Below, one piece after another: positions 29,254 through 39,581 of a DNA stretch of 64,000 nucleotides; the first letter of the stretch is position 1; each line of letters opens with the position of its first letter. The DNA is from Candidatus Heimdallarchaeota archaeon. Lineage in GTDB: Archaea; Asgardarchaeota; Heimdallarchaeia; Hodarchaeales; Hodarchaeaceae. Made by a program: the position numbers and the translations under genes. The stretch covers positions 2,822,539 through 2,886,538 of the forward strand of contig CP070695.1 in assembly GCA_020353515.1 (NCBI GenBank). The letters run 5' to 3'. The notes beneath the pieces are model-generated. The model worked only from the letters and a program-made list of their open reading frames with translations. It ran no database searches and was not told where the DNA came from.

Positions 29254-31974
29254 TTATTTTTTCTTAAGTTTTCGAATCGAAATCACTAGTGTAACTAAGG
29301 CTACGAGAAGTATGAAGCTATCCATACTTGTTGTGATGTCCGAGCTCGTTGAGGTAGTCCCTGATGATGGGTTTATGACACTAAACGCCTCTGAGATAGA
29401 CTCTGCTGTTACCCCTTCCGAACAGGTTGCTACGACTTTAATCCGATAACTGAGGCCGTTCGGTACTGTAGTCGTATCCCACGAGTAACTAGTGGTGGTC
29501 AAGCCGCTCACAAGTGGAGTCCACGTTGCACCATCATCTGCAGAGAAATACATTGTGTAATTGAGGGAGTGTCCGAATGGATCAAAAGATGCACTCCATT
29601 CGATACTGACAGAACCGCTAAGCATGTCTCCGCTCTTGGGAGAGGTGATATGAAAGGTAGATAGCTGATGAGGCGAGTTTACAATGAAAAAAGTCTCAGT
29701 AGAAACCACCTGTGCAATGAAGCCTAAAGAATCCACAGCCTGAACTTTGAGTAGAATGTACGATCCATCTGAAATGGTTGTAGTATCTAAAGTATAATCT
29801 GTAGTGATCATACCTGAAGTGAGAGTTATCCAACTTCCTCCGTCATTTGGAGAGTACAAGACCGAATAGGTGAGAGGATGACCAAAAATATCCATTGAAG
29901 TAGTCCATTGAATAAGTACAAGGCCAGATAGGGTTAAATTTTCAGTGGATGGAGCCAGAATTACGGGTGCTGACAAATGATATGGATTTAGTCGAGGGGA
30001 GGGATCCTGATTCCCGAGGCTACCTTCTATAGTATATATTGCATATACTCCCGTACCAGTCCAATCACTCCAGTAATTCTCATAAAACACATTAGTTGAA
30101 CCCTCATCTGTAGCTTGAGCGAGGTTATTGGACAGGTCATTTTGCGAGATAATACTGTTTAACAAGTCGGGTCCAATTCTTAGTCCCCATTCATTATTAT
30201 AAAACAAATTGAATGAGACCGTAATATTATTACCAGAAAAAAAATCAATACCAGCTTCGTTATTATAGAAAAAATTCCTGAAAATAGTGATATTATTGGT
30301 ATCACCTCCTGAAACGACCCCATTGATATTATCATGTATACTGTTATATGTAATGCCAGAATTGTTTGAACTACCAACATCGATAGCAAATTCAGTGTGA
30401 AAAACAGTATTATCGAAAACATTATTGTCTTCAGAGCCACCAAGACTTATTCCCCATCGATCTCTTGTTAGAACTGGCATATAAATAGTGTTTTCGTTAA
30501 TGGTGGTGAAACGTGACCCGGACCCAATGTGAATTCCTATATTATTGAAATTATGAATTCTATTTCTGATGATATAAGTATTCCCTGAATCATCTGAAGA
30601 AATTCCTTTGTCATTATTGTCGTACAGTGTGTTGTTACACAAAGTATTATTGTCATTCCTACTATAAATTCCTAAACCATCGAATAAACTTAAGATAATC
30701 CCAGTCATCATGTTATTATAGATTGAATTATTGAGAACAGAGTTATTGAGGGAGCCAAAAAGGTGAATTCCATCATTAGCATTATTAAATACTTCATTGT
30801 CAGCAATTGTGGTAAAATTAGCTGCTGCAACGCTGATTCCATGCCTACCGTTACTTCTGATAATATTATTGGAAACAACTGAATTCTTGGAACGAAGTAT
30901 TAGTATTCCATTGTCAAAATTATCAAACACCGTGTTATTGAAAATATTAGCAGAGGAACAATCAACAGTAATACCACTAGTCCAGTAATCAGGGAAACCA
31001 GACCCAAAACGGAGGCTATTATTAAAGCAGGTGTTATTGAAAATGGAATTGAAAATATCTAGATTGATTGGAATTGTATAGATGAGAATCCCACTTGCTC
31101 CACTATTATAGATGGTATTAGAGAAAAGGGTATTATTGGTGGAATCAGCATCCGCTATCTTAATTCCATTTAAATAGCTATTATAGGCTGTATTATGGGA
31201 AATGGTGTTTTCACTGCAAGAGAAGAGAGAAATCCCCGAATAAGGGTGATCGTGAACGTAGTTATCAGAAATGAGATTGTGACTAGAATTACTTAGACTT
31301 ATACCCGCTCCACCTGAATTATAAATAGTGTTGGATCCGATTGTATTGTTTTCTGAAGCTGAAACCATAATCCCGTCCCAACCATTATTATAGATCGTAT
31401 TGTTGTAAAGAGTGTTATTATGAGAGGGAGTCCCTTCACCCAGTCTGATCCCATCCTCACTGTTATCAAAAATGGTATTATTGGCTACAATGTTGAAATC
31501 TGATCTCCTAGCAACATTAACACCAGACCACCCGTTGTTAATAATGGTATTATTGACAATGGTCCCATGAATGACTTCATCAAAATAAACCCCATTTCCA
31601 ATAGTTCCTAAGCCATTGATAAGGCAATTAGCAATACGGAAATAATATGTAGTACTCCGAATGTCTATGAGTCCGACTAACGTATCACTTGGATCTGTAA
31701 TATTATAATTCTCAATCCTGATAGGATCATCAATAGTGCCTCGACCAGGAAAAGTAGCATTTAGCAGTACATCTGAATCAATAAAAATTGGTCCACTTTC
31801 GACGTACATTTGAGTACTGGTAATTTTTGGAGATGGTATTCTCGGTCGTGTGGGTATTTTATTTGAAAATAATTCTTCTGGAGTGGATAGGAGTTCATAG
31901 GACGATAAATAAGGAATCATTCCAAATACAAGAAGAAATCCTATGAATATACAAAAAGATTTATCGAAATTCAC
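29254..31974 (-). CDS. NosD/right-handed beta-helix surface protein with two Ig-like modules and C-terminal TM anchor
   Basis: N-terminal hydrophobic signal, GTIDDP, many NN.I.NN..GI repeats, NYWSDW, S/T linker + TM + basic tail. Confidence 0.9.
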   Translation of the reverse strand: MNFDKSFCIFIGFLLVFGMIPYLSSYELLSTPEELFSNKIPTRPRIPSPKITSTQMYVESGPIFIDSDVLLNATFPGRGTIDDPIRIENYNITDPSDTLVGLIDIRSTTYYFRIANCLINGLGTIGNGVYFDEVIHGTIVNNTIINNGWSGVNVARRSDFNIVANNTIFDNSEDGIRLGEGTPSHNNTLYNNTIYNNGWDGIMVSASENNTIGSNTIYNSGGAGISLSNSSHNLISDNYVHDHPYSGISLFSCSENTISHNTAYNSYLNGIKIADADSTNNTLFSNTIYNSGASGILIYTIPINLDIFNSIFNNTCFNNSLRFGSGFPDYWTSGITVDCSSANIFNNTVFDNFDNGILILRSKNSVVSNNIIRSNGRHGISVAAANFTTIADNEVFNNANDGIHLFGSLNNSVLNNSIYNNMMTGIILSLFDGLGIYSRNDNNTLCNNTLYDNNDKGISSDDSGNTYIIRNRIHNFNNIGIHIGSGSRFTTINENTIYMPVLTRDRWGISLGGSEDNNVFDNTVFHTEFAIDVGSSNNSGITYNSIHDNINGVVSGGDTNNITIFRNFFYNNEAGIDFFSGNNITVSFNLFYNNEWGLRIGPDLLNSIISQNDLSNNLAQATDEGSTNVFYENYWSDWTGTGVYAIYTIEGSLGNQDPSPRLNPYHLSAPVILAPSTENLTLSGLVLIQWTTSMDIFGHPLTYSVLYSPNDGGSWITLTSGMITTDYTLDTTTISDGSYILLKVQAVDSLGFIAQVVSTETFFIVNSPHQLSTFHITSPKSGDMLSGSVSIEWSASFDPFGHSLNYTMYFSADDGATWTPLVSGLTTTSYSWDTTTVPNGLSYRIKVVATCSEGVTAESISEAFSVINPSSGTTSTSSDITTSMDSFILLVALVTLVISIRKLKKK

Positions 31975-32171
31975 TTTTTTTCCTTCCTTAAATCCTCTAC
32001 CATCTATTTAGGAATGCTCATTCAAAAGATAGAAGGATAGGTTCTAATTGGACACTAATTATTTCTTTGAAAACTGACTCGATATTGAACTTAGACTGGA
32101 TAATTGAATCAATAGCCAATTTTCTTCTTCTTAAATCAGGACTATTCAATATTCGTCCATTCTCGTAAAAA

Positions 32172-33995
32172 TCAACCATAAAAAACCTCTTGCTTTTCTT
32201 TCAATCGGGAAATTGCTAGCTTAAAGGCCTCTTTTAAGATGAAGAGAAGCTTAAAACCCTTGGGGGTGATTGCATAATTTCTAAATCGGGCGTCACGTAA
32301 AACTTTGTCGCTAATGAACGATTCGATATAGTGCAAGTCAGTGAGTCGTTTGATTTCTTTGGAGAGAGTAGAGCGAGGGATCTCCATACTTTGCGCTAAT
32401 TGTGCAGGATTGGTATCAGTCGGATCTTGATACGCAATTTCAATCAAAGTTAAGATGGTTCGCCACCTCAGTCCGGAGCGAAGATCCTTTTTTATGTCAG
32501 CGGGGAAGAACTCGACTAGTGTAATGGTTTCTGCGGGTTTTAAGAGAGGCACAGGGGCTGGTTCAGGAAGCGCAGCCGCTTGAATATTTTCCAATCCAAC
32601 AACGATTTTATGATATAGAGGTTTGATACGGTCAATCTGGTCTGCTGAGGTAAAGTCAGTAAATGGTTCTTCAACTACAGGTTCCTTAAAGCGTGAAACA
32701 TAAAGAAAATACCCCCCACCCATACTGGCTGTAATCCCAACTAAAACAACGACAAAAAACAGGAAAATTCCTGAATAGTCAGGCCTGCCTTTATCGATAT
32801 TATTAATCGCTTGAACAGATAACACCACGAGAGGATAGAGATCCGAATTATTGGCCCTCCCATCAATTAAATAGGGAGTATCTATAATCAGATCATCATT
32901 AGCATCGTCCTTAGAGGCCCAATCATCCCAATAGTTACCTAAAAAGGTATTACGCACACCAACATTAAAAGCTTGGATACCTCCTCCATTATTGCCTGTA
33001 AAATTATTATATTGGAGTACATTATCATTGGAGCCAACAGTGAGCTGTACCCCATAAAGTAAATTGTTTAAGAGTGTGTTATGCATAATCATGTTTTTTG
33101 AGGCGTATTCAAGGTGAATCCCCTGCTTTTGATTACCATAGATGGTATTGTTGGTGAGAAGGTTATTCTGAGCCGAATTAAGAAGCTTGATCCCAAAATA
33201 ATTCTCAAAGATGGAATTATTTACAAGCTGATTGGTGGAGGAGTTATCAAGAAGCAGACCACATTGCGAGAACGATCCAAGCTGGTGATTGTAAAGGATG
33301 TTCTGACTAATAGTAGTATTATCAGTATCCTTCATGTGAACACCGTTAATCCCATTATCATGAACACGATTGTTAGATACAGAACAATTAGTAGAGACAT
33401 CAAGAAAAATACCAAAACGTAAATTTGAAGAAATACTGTTGTTATGGAAAAGGGAATCTGAAATTGCAGTAGCATGAATCCCATCCTCAGCATTCAGAAT
33501 GACATTCCCATTAATGAAGGCATGGTGGACATTGGAAAGATATATCCCAGCAGAAGCAGTTGACAGACCATCAAGAGAATTGTTATTAATCCAGAAATAA
33601 ACGGTCGTATCACTAATATGAATCAAAGCACCACTAGAGGCGGTGATATTGAGATGTTCAATTCGATACGGATCATCAAGAGTCCCCGTACCTGGAAAAT
33701 CGTAAATAGCGAAATGGTCATTCATGGTAATTGTAATCGGTGAATGGAGGGTATAAACTTGAGCAATAATTCCTGGTAAACTATCTCTCAGACTAAATGG
33801 GGTATTATTATCGCTCTTATATATGTTCAAGTAATAGGTGAGAACTATAGTTAAAACAAAGAGGAGGAGAATCTTGGGTCGTTTCAAGCGTAGTCCCAAC
33901 CTACTTGAGTACACTGAGATAGTCAAGTCATGAACTAGGGGAAAGCTGATTGTAAGTTTAAAAAAGATTGCTCTAACATGGCAAAAATACCACAT
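32172..33995 (-). CDS. Beta-helix ectodomain + TM + cytoplasmic winged-helix protein
   Basis: NosD repeats, GNYWDDW, TM segment, then LAQSMEIPRSTLSKEIKRL...DARFRNYAITPKG. Confidence 0.85.
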   Translation of the reverse strand: MWYFCHVRAIFFKLTISFPLVHDLTISVYSSRLGLRLKRPKILLLFVLTIVLTYYLNIYKSDNNTPFSLRDSLPGIIAQVYTLHSPITITMNDHFAIYDFPGTGTLDDPYRIEHLNITASSGALIHISDTTVYFWINNNSLDGLSTASAGIYLSNVHHAFINGNVILNAEDGIHATAISDSLFHNNSISSNLRFGIFLDVSTNCSVSNNRVHDNGINGVHMKDTDNTTISQNILYNHQLGSFSQCGLLLDNSSTNQLVNNSIFENYFGIKLLNSAQNNLLTNNTIYGNQKQGIHLEYASKNMIMHNTLLNNLLYGVQLTVGSNDNVLQYNNFTGNNGGGIQAFNVGVRNTFLGNYWDDWASKDDANDDLIIDTPYLIDGRANNSDLYPLVVLSVQAINNIDKGRPDYSGIFLFFVVVLVGITASMGGGYFLYVSRFKEPVVEEPFTDFTSADQIDRIKPLYHKIVVGLENIQAAALPEPAPVPLLKPAETITLVEFFPADIKKDLRSGLRWRTILTLIEIAYQDPTDTNPAQLAQSMEIPRSTLSKEIKRLTDLHYIESFISDKVLRDARFRNYAITPKGFKLLFILKEAFKLAISRLKEKQEVFYG

Positions 33996-34030
33996 TGATA
34001 AATAAATTATTTAATGTCTAATTTAACCGG

Positions 34031-35272
34031 GTGATCTATAGGATATTGAAAAAAATGGTGAAGATTATTGTGCTAGGAGGAGCTGGGGTTGTAGGGCGGG
34101 TAACGGTGAAGACTCTTACTACATTTTCTGAAGTTTCAGAAGTGATCATCGGAGATATTGACATCAAGAAAGCCCATGAAATAGCTGAAGAGATAAATTC
34201 AGACAAAGTTCTCGTATGTGAAGTCGACATCACCGACCCAAAAACTGTTCAGAACACAATAAGGGATATTGATATTGTCATAAATTGTGTGGGCCCCTTC
34301 TATAAATTTGGTCCTCTTATTCTAAAATCAGCAATAGAAACAGGAAGGAACTATGTTGATATTAATGATGATGTAGACGCAACACAAGAAGCCCTCAAAA
34401 TGGATAATGATGCTAAAAAAATGAATATTACTGCTTTGATTGGGATGGGGAGTTCTCCAGGGATCACGAATTTGTTGGCAAAATTCGCGGCTGATCAATT
34501 GCTTGATGAAGTGCATTCGATTGATCTCTATCATGCACATGGGGGGGAACCATTTGAAGGACCCGGAGTAATTTATCATCGAATTCACTCCATGAGTATT
34601 GATATCCCAGTTTTCCTTGAAGGCAAGTTTGTCTCTGTGGGTTTCTTTGACACCAATGGAAGAGCATTAGAAGAGGAAATTGATTTTCTGAAACTTGGAA
34701 AATATCGTGTCCATCCATATCCACATCCAGAAACAATCACTCTCCCTAAATATATCAAAGATGTCAAGCGAGTCACAAACAAAGGCACAGTTATCCCCTC
34801 TGAATATTTCTATCTGATCACTAACCTGGTTAAACTAGGACTTACTGATGAAGAACCTTTGACTGTGAGAGGAAACATAATCTCTCCCCTTGATTTCACA
34901 ATTTCATACATCATTAAACAGAGAGAGAGAATATTGAAGGAACAGAATTTTGGCTCCCAACGGGGTTGCATAAAGATTGTTGTAAAAGGGAAAAAAGATG
35001 AAAAAACTCACACATATATATTTTCATTGGCATCAGAGAACCAAGCGATGGGAGAGGCAACAGGCATCCCTGCTGCTATTGGCGCTGTCCTTCTAAATAG
35101 AAAAAAAATAACAAAGAAAGGAGTTTTACCACCAGAAGCTTGTGTGAATCCTCTAGATTTTTTAAATGTTATGCAAGAACATCTTGGACTTGAAACTGCC
35201 AGTGGAAAAGACTCACCTTTAACAATTGAATCCATTGACGAAGATGGAAATAGTGAAATAATTACTTTATAG
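34031..35272 (+). CDS. Saccharopine dehydrogenase-like oxidoreductase
   Basis: GGAGVVG, NCVGPF, YVDI, GMGSSPG, HPE, GVLPPE. Confidence 0.9.
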   Translation: MIYRILKKMVKIIVLGGAGVVGRVTVKTLTTFSEVSEVIIGDIDIKKAHEIAEEINSDKVLVCEVDITDPKTVQNTIRDIDIVINCVGPFYKFGPLILKSAIETGRNYVDINDDVDATQEALKMDNDAKKMNITALIGMGSSPGITNLLAKFAADQLLDEVHSIDLYHAHGGEPFEGPGVIYHRIHSMSIDIPVFLEGKFVSVGFFDTNGRALEEEIDFLKLGKYRVHPYPHPETITLPKYIKDVKRVTNKGTVIPSEYFYLITNLVKLGLTDEEPLTVRGNIISPLDFTISYIIKQRERILKEQNFGSQRGCIKIVVKGKKDEKTHTYIFSLASENQAMGEATGIPAAIGAVLLNRKKITKKGVLPPEACVNPLDFLNVMQEHLGLETASGKDSPLTIESIDEDGNSEIITL

Positions 35273-35286
35273 TAAAAAGGATAGTT

Positions 35287-36858
35287 ATGTCAAACCAAAA
35301 CAGTAAATATGTATTGGTGTTCGATCATGGAACATCAGGTGTAAAAGCTGCCATTTGTTCGATGTACGGAGAAGTTTTAGATTTTGTTTTTGAAAAGACA
35401 CCAGTATATCTGATAGGAAAGAGTGGTGCTGAACAAGATCCCGATGAATGGTGGAAAGCGATAATTACAACAACACATCAGCTGATTGATAAAGATTTAG
35501 TTCCCATTGATGATATCGTTGCGATATCATGTTCAAGTCAATGGTCGGGGACAATTCCTGTGGACGCTAATGGAAATCATTTAATGAATGCAATTATCTG
35601 GATGGATTCGCGAGGGGCCCCCTACCTGAAAAAAACATTGAAAGGGTTTCCGAAGATTTCAGGGTATCCATTGAAGGACATCATAAGATTTATTTATAAA
35701 ACAGGGGGAGCACCAGGATTATCAGGAAAGGATCCAATTTCCCATATATTGTATATTAAAAATGAACTTCCTGAGATTTATGATAGCACCTACAAATTCC
35801 TCGACTGTGTTGATTTTTTGAATCTAAAATTCTCAGGAAAATTCGCGGCTTCTACTGGTTCTATTACCCTCCATTGGGTCACAAATACCCGTAATATCCG
35901 TAATGTAAGGTATGACAATTCCTTGATAAAACGGTTTAAACTTGATAGAACCAAATTACCTGAATTAAAAGATCCTACAGAGATTTTGGGATCTGTAAAA
36001 ACAACTGTTGCGGACAAATTAGGTATAAATCAGAATACAAAAGTAGCAATGGGTGCTCCAGATCTACTTTGTGCGATAATTGGCTCAGGAGCAGTAAAGG
36101 ATTATCAAGGACATGTATATATTGGAACTAGTTCCTGGGTGATTTGTCACGTCCCCTATAAAAAAACTGATATTTCTCACAATATAGTTTCAATTCCTGC
36201 AGTGATCCCTGAAAAATATTTCGTTGTTAATGAACAGGAAAGTGCTGGAGCTTGTTTGAATTTCTTACGTGACAATATTTTCTATATTGATAATGAAAGC
36301 TACTTTGGAAATCCCGCTGCGTATGTAATCTTTGATAAAATTGTTGAAAATGTCCCAGTTGGGAGTGATGGAGTCATCTTTACTCCTTGGCTTTACGGAG
36401 AACGAACACCTATTGAAGACCATACGGTCCGTGGGGGTTTTTTTAACCTTTCTTTAAACACCAAAAAAGAACATTTAATCAGAGCAGTATTTGAAGGAGT
36501 AGCTTATAATACTCGTTGGGTCTTAAGATATGTTGAAGCCTTTATCAAGAGAAAAATGGATCCCTTGAATATTATTGGTGGTGGTGCTCAATCTGACGTA
36601 TGGTGTCAGATCTATGCTGATGTATTGAACAGAACTATTCAACGCGTCGAGGAACCAATTCAAGCTAACGCAAGGGGAGCCGCTTTTCTTGCTTCTGTTG
36701 CTTTAGGGTACATTACTTTTAATGATATTCCCAATCTCATTCAGTATTCTACAATTTTTCATCCAAAGCCAAAGCATGTGGAAACGTACAACCGTTTTTT
36801 CCCAGAATTTGTAACGATCTACAAGAATAATCGAAAAATATACAAACGATTGAACTGA
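35287..36858 (+). CDS. FGGY-family carbohydrate kinase (xylulokinase-like)
   Basis: DHGTSGVK, EQDP, WMDSR, GERTP, RAVFEGV, GGGAQS. Confidence 0.93.
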   Translation: MSNQNSKYVLVFDHGTSGVKAAICSMYGEVLDFVFEKTPVYLIGKSGAEQDPDEWWKAIITTTHQLIDKDLVPIDDIVAISCSSQWSGTIPVDANGNHLMNAIIWMDSRGAPYLKKTLKGFPKISGYPLKDIIRFIYKTGGAPGLSGKDPISHILYIKNELPEIYDSTYKFLDCVDFLNLKFSGKFAASTGSITLHWVTNTRNIRNVRYDNSLIKRFKLDRTKLPELKDPTEILGSVKTTVADKLGINQNTKVAMGAPDLLCAIIGSGAVKDYQGHVYIGTSSWVICHVPYKKTDISHNIVSIPAVIPEKYFVVNEQESAGACLNFLRDNIFYIDNESYFGNPAAYVIFDKIVENVPVGSDGVIFTPWLYGERTPIEDHTVRGGFFNLSLNTKKEHLIRAVFEGVAYNTRWVLRYVEAFIKRKMDPLNIIGGGAQSDVWCQIYADVLNRTIQRVEEPIQANARGAAFLASVALGYITFNDIPNLIQYSTIFHPKPKHVETYNRFFPEFVTIYKNNRKIYKRLN

Positions 36859-37249
36859 ATATGTTTCCTTCTACTGATTTTTTGGAAAAAGTTTATGCCT
36901 TTCTAAGGAAGCATGGTTTCCAATCGCCTTGGTAACCCTGATAACTCCTTAAGCTACTTAATGAAGAGATTTACTAGCTAATACAAACAGAGTACAAATG
37001 ACGAAGACATGGCCCAGATGTCAAATAGTGAAATGTCAAGCCATGATGATACCATGGTATTATCAATTTTCCCGACATAATTGATTATCAGTTGAATGAA
37101 AGCAGGAATTACTTTCATTAGTAAACATACTATTTTGAGAAAATGAGTCATAGTGCACAAGGGGTGGTAGCTAGCTGCAAAAAAACAGAAGAACTTATAT
37201 ACTTCTATGTATCGAATATCTATGTATATTAATCAAGAAGGAATGTATA

Positions 37250-37612
37250 GTGTCTCTTGAGGAACGGCTTGAGAATGAGGTCACAGCTAATTTAATCACT
37301 TTTCTTCTGCTTAAATGTGTCCAACAGTATGGTAGATCATATGGTTACCAAATGAAGAAATTTATCCAAGAAAAAACTGGTAAATCCATCCCAGAAGGAA
37401 CCCTTTACCCCATTCTAAGCAAACTTAGAGACAAAAAGCCCCCACGATATGGGTACTTACGATCCTTTAGAGAAGAAGTGCAAGGAGGACGAAAGCGTAG
37501 ATACTATGAGCTTACGGAACGTGGAAAGTCACAACTGAAAATCTGGCCTAAAAAATGGCTTGAATTAAATGAGTTCGTCCAAACAATCCTTAATCACCTT
37601 AATACGGAGTAA
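37250..37612 (+). CDS. PadR family transcriptional regulator
   Basis: SYGY, EGTLYPIL, RKRRYYELTERG. Confidence 0.93.
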   Translation: MSLEERLENEVTANLITFLLLKCVQQYGRSYGYQMKKFIQEKTGKSIPEGTLYPILSKLRDKKPPRYGYLRSFREEVQGGRKRRYYELTERGKSQLKIWPKKWLELNEFVQTILNHLNTE

Positions 37613-39425
37613 GAGTGATGATAAAATGGCTAAACTTATTGAAAAATACCTAAATCAAATTGGAGAAAAGTTAAAGGACAAATCGATCCCAGCTGAATAT
37701 ATTGAAGAGTTTATTGATAATTTAGCAGATCAATTGGCGACCATGCTCGATGAAGTCCAAGAAAAAGAGCCAACATTAAGTCTAGAAGATGCTGAAGTTG
37801 GTGTCTTGACCCAGAGTGAGCCAGTCGATCAAGTAGTTGGACAAGTGATCAAAGAATTAAAGACTGATGACCACTGGATACCTGTTGAACATATTACGAA
37901 AGCAAAATTTCTACAGCCATTTGAAACTATCACCCTTTCTCTATTAAATAGGCTTGATCGGGCGCTAATTTACTGTGAGAAACACGTTCGCAGGTTTTCA
38001 AAATGGTACTTTAAACACGAGAATCCTGTATTTACTAGTTTCACTTTTTTCATAACAATCATTCTTCTAACCGCTGCAGTGGGGATTATATTCACGTTTT
38101 TCCCTTCTGTGTATCAGACAACAACGCTTCCTGATAATAAAACCTATTACACACTCAATAGGCCTTTCGAGCCACCTGGCAGCTATGTTGAAATTATTTC
38201 AACAGAGATTTCTTCTATTTTTCAAATGGTAATTATCATAATATTAAGTATTGGAGCCATTGGTTATATTGGCTGGAGACACTCCTATAGGTATACCCTG
38301 ATGAGTGGAGCCCTTCTTAGTCTTCTTATCGGTTTGTTATGGATGTTCATGACACAAGATACAAGATTGTTAACAATTTCAAATCGTATCATCAAGGAAG
38401 GCCATTGGAGTTTCACTTCTGATTGGGTAAGAGCAGCACCACCCACACTTGGAAATTTTAGTATTTTTGTGTTGAATTTCATTTTCTCGTATTGGTTCTA
38501 CTATATCATATTCATAGTCCTTGTAGTCTCAATTGGTTTCCTTATTAAGACAATTATCAGGAAAAATAAGATAATTCACAGTCGACCTCGTCATCTAAAT
38601 ACTTTATTGACAATTGGATTATTACTAGGTTGCTTAGTGATAGTATTTAGTATTCCCACACCACCACGCCCTCCACGGATGTTACTCTACACGGATGCTC
38701 CTATTCCACCCACAAATGAACCAATTATTTTTGAATTTGATATAGATTGGACCGCTGTATACCAAAGTAGGGGCCTATCTGAAGAATATTTTACTCGACT
38801 TAAGGAGTTTGGAGACCTTGGATTTTATTTCTATGAATTTTTTAATTTATCATTATCCGAAGTAAATTTGGAGAACCCCGACCTTAGAAGTGAAGGATCT
38901 TTCACCCCAATTCTCACAGAGGAAGAGGAACCGTCTATTTCTTCTCAACGACCATTTGCATTGTTGGGGCTCCTATATCACCCTAATCATTACAATGGCC
39001 TGTCTTTTCAAGAGATTATCACTACTCATCTGAATGACTCTTACCCTTTCCGTGGATTCACCCCCTCAATTGATAACACAATCAAGACCATTGAATGGCA
39101 TGTCAATGGAACAGAACATAACCTTACTGTAAATACAATCAAGTATAGCTCAACAACAAATGGATCAGAATATATCTTCTCCTTTGATCGTGCAACTGGA
39201 TGGTTGATGAAAGCAGAATTGACAAAAAGCAATGATACATGGGTAACTGGCTTAGAATTGGAAACGTTGACAATTACCAGAAGTTTTACTTATAATCAAA
39301 TTGAGAATCCTGAAGACTATTATAATCTTGACAATCTTTTACTGCTGATGTTTTTCCTGGGAAGTGGATTAGTTTTTCTCTCCTGTGAAGGATTCTACCT
39401 TGTGACCAAGAAAAAAAAGAAATAA
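37569..39425 (+). CDS. PadR-associated multi-pass membrane protein (start probably ATG near 37626)
   Basis: IEKYLNQI helical N-terminus, several TM helices, C-terminal TM + KKKKK. Confidence 0.75.
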   Translation: MSSSKQSLITLIRSKSDDKMAKLIEKYLNQIGEKLKDKSIPAEYIEEFIDNLADQLATMLDEVQEKEPTLSLEDAEVGVLTQSEPVDQVVGQVIKELKTDDHWIPVEHITKAKFLQPFETITLSLLNRLDRALIYCEKHVRRFSKWYFKHENPVFTSFTFFITIILLTAAVGIIFTFFPSVYQTTTLPDNKTYYTLNRPFEPPGSYVEIISTEISSIFQMVIIIILSIGAIGYIGWRHSYRYTLMSGALLSLLIGLLWMFMTQDTRLLTISNRIIKEGHWSFTSDWVRAAPPTLGNFSIFVLNFIFSYWFYYIIFIVLVVSIGFLIKTIIRKNKIIHSRPRHLNTLLTIGLLLGCLVIVFSIPTPPRPPRMLLYTDAPIPPTNEPIIFEFDIDWTAVYQSRGLSEEYFTRLKEFGDLGFYFYEFFNLSLSEVNLENPDLRSEGSFTPILTEEEEPSISSQRPFALLGLLYHPNHYNGLSFQEIITTHLNDSYPFRGFTPSIDNTIKTIEWHVNGTEHNLTVNTIKYSSTTNGSEYIFSFDRATGWLMKAELTKSNDTWVTGLELETLTITRSFTYNQIENPEDYYNLDNLLLLMFFLGSGLVFLSCEGFYLVTKKKKK

Positions 39426-39581
39426 CATAACAGGCATAGAAGTTAAGGACGCGCTCTTAGGAAGAAAAATTCAGTTTGGGATGTCTGAAACAGCATCATA
39501 CTTTCTGAGAAAAAAAAATGAGTCTGATCAATAGAGACTTCTTCTTCTCAATATCAGCTTTTTCTAATAATCATCTAAGCC

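Noticed and set aside
36935-36956. Short match ACTCCTTAAGC to the dispersed repeat
   Set aside because: Only about 11 nt with no flanking similarity; may be chance
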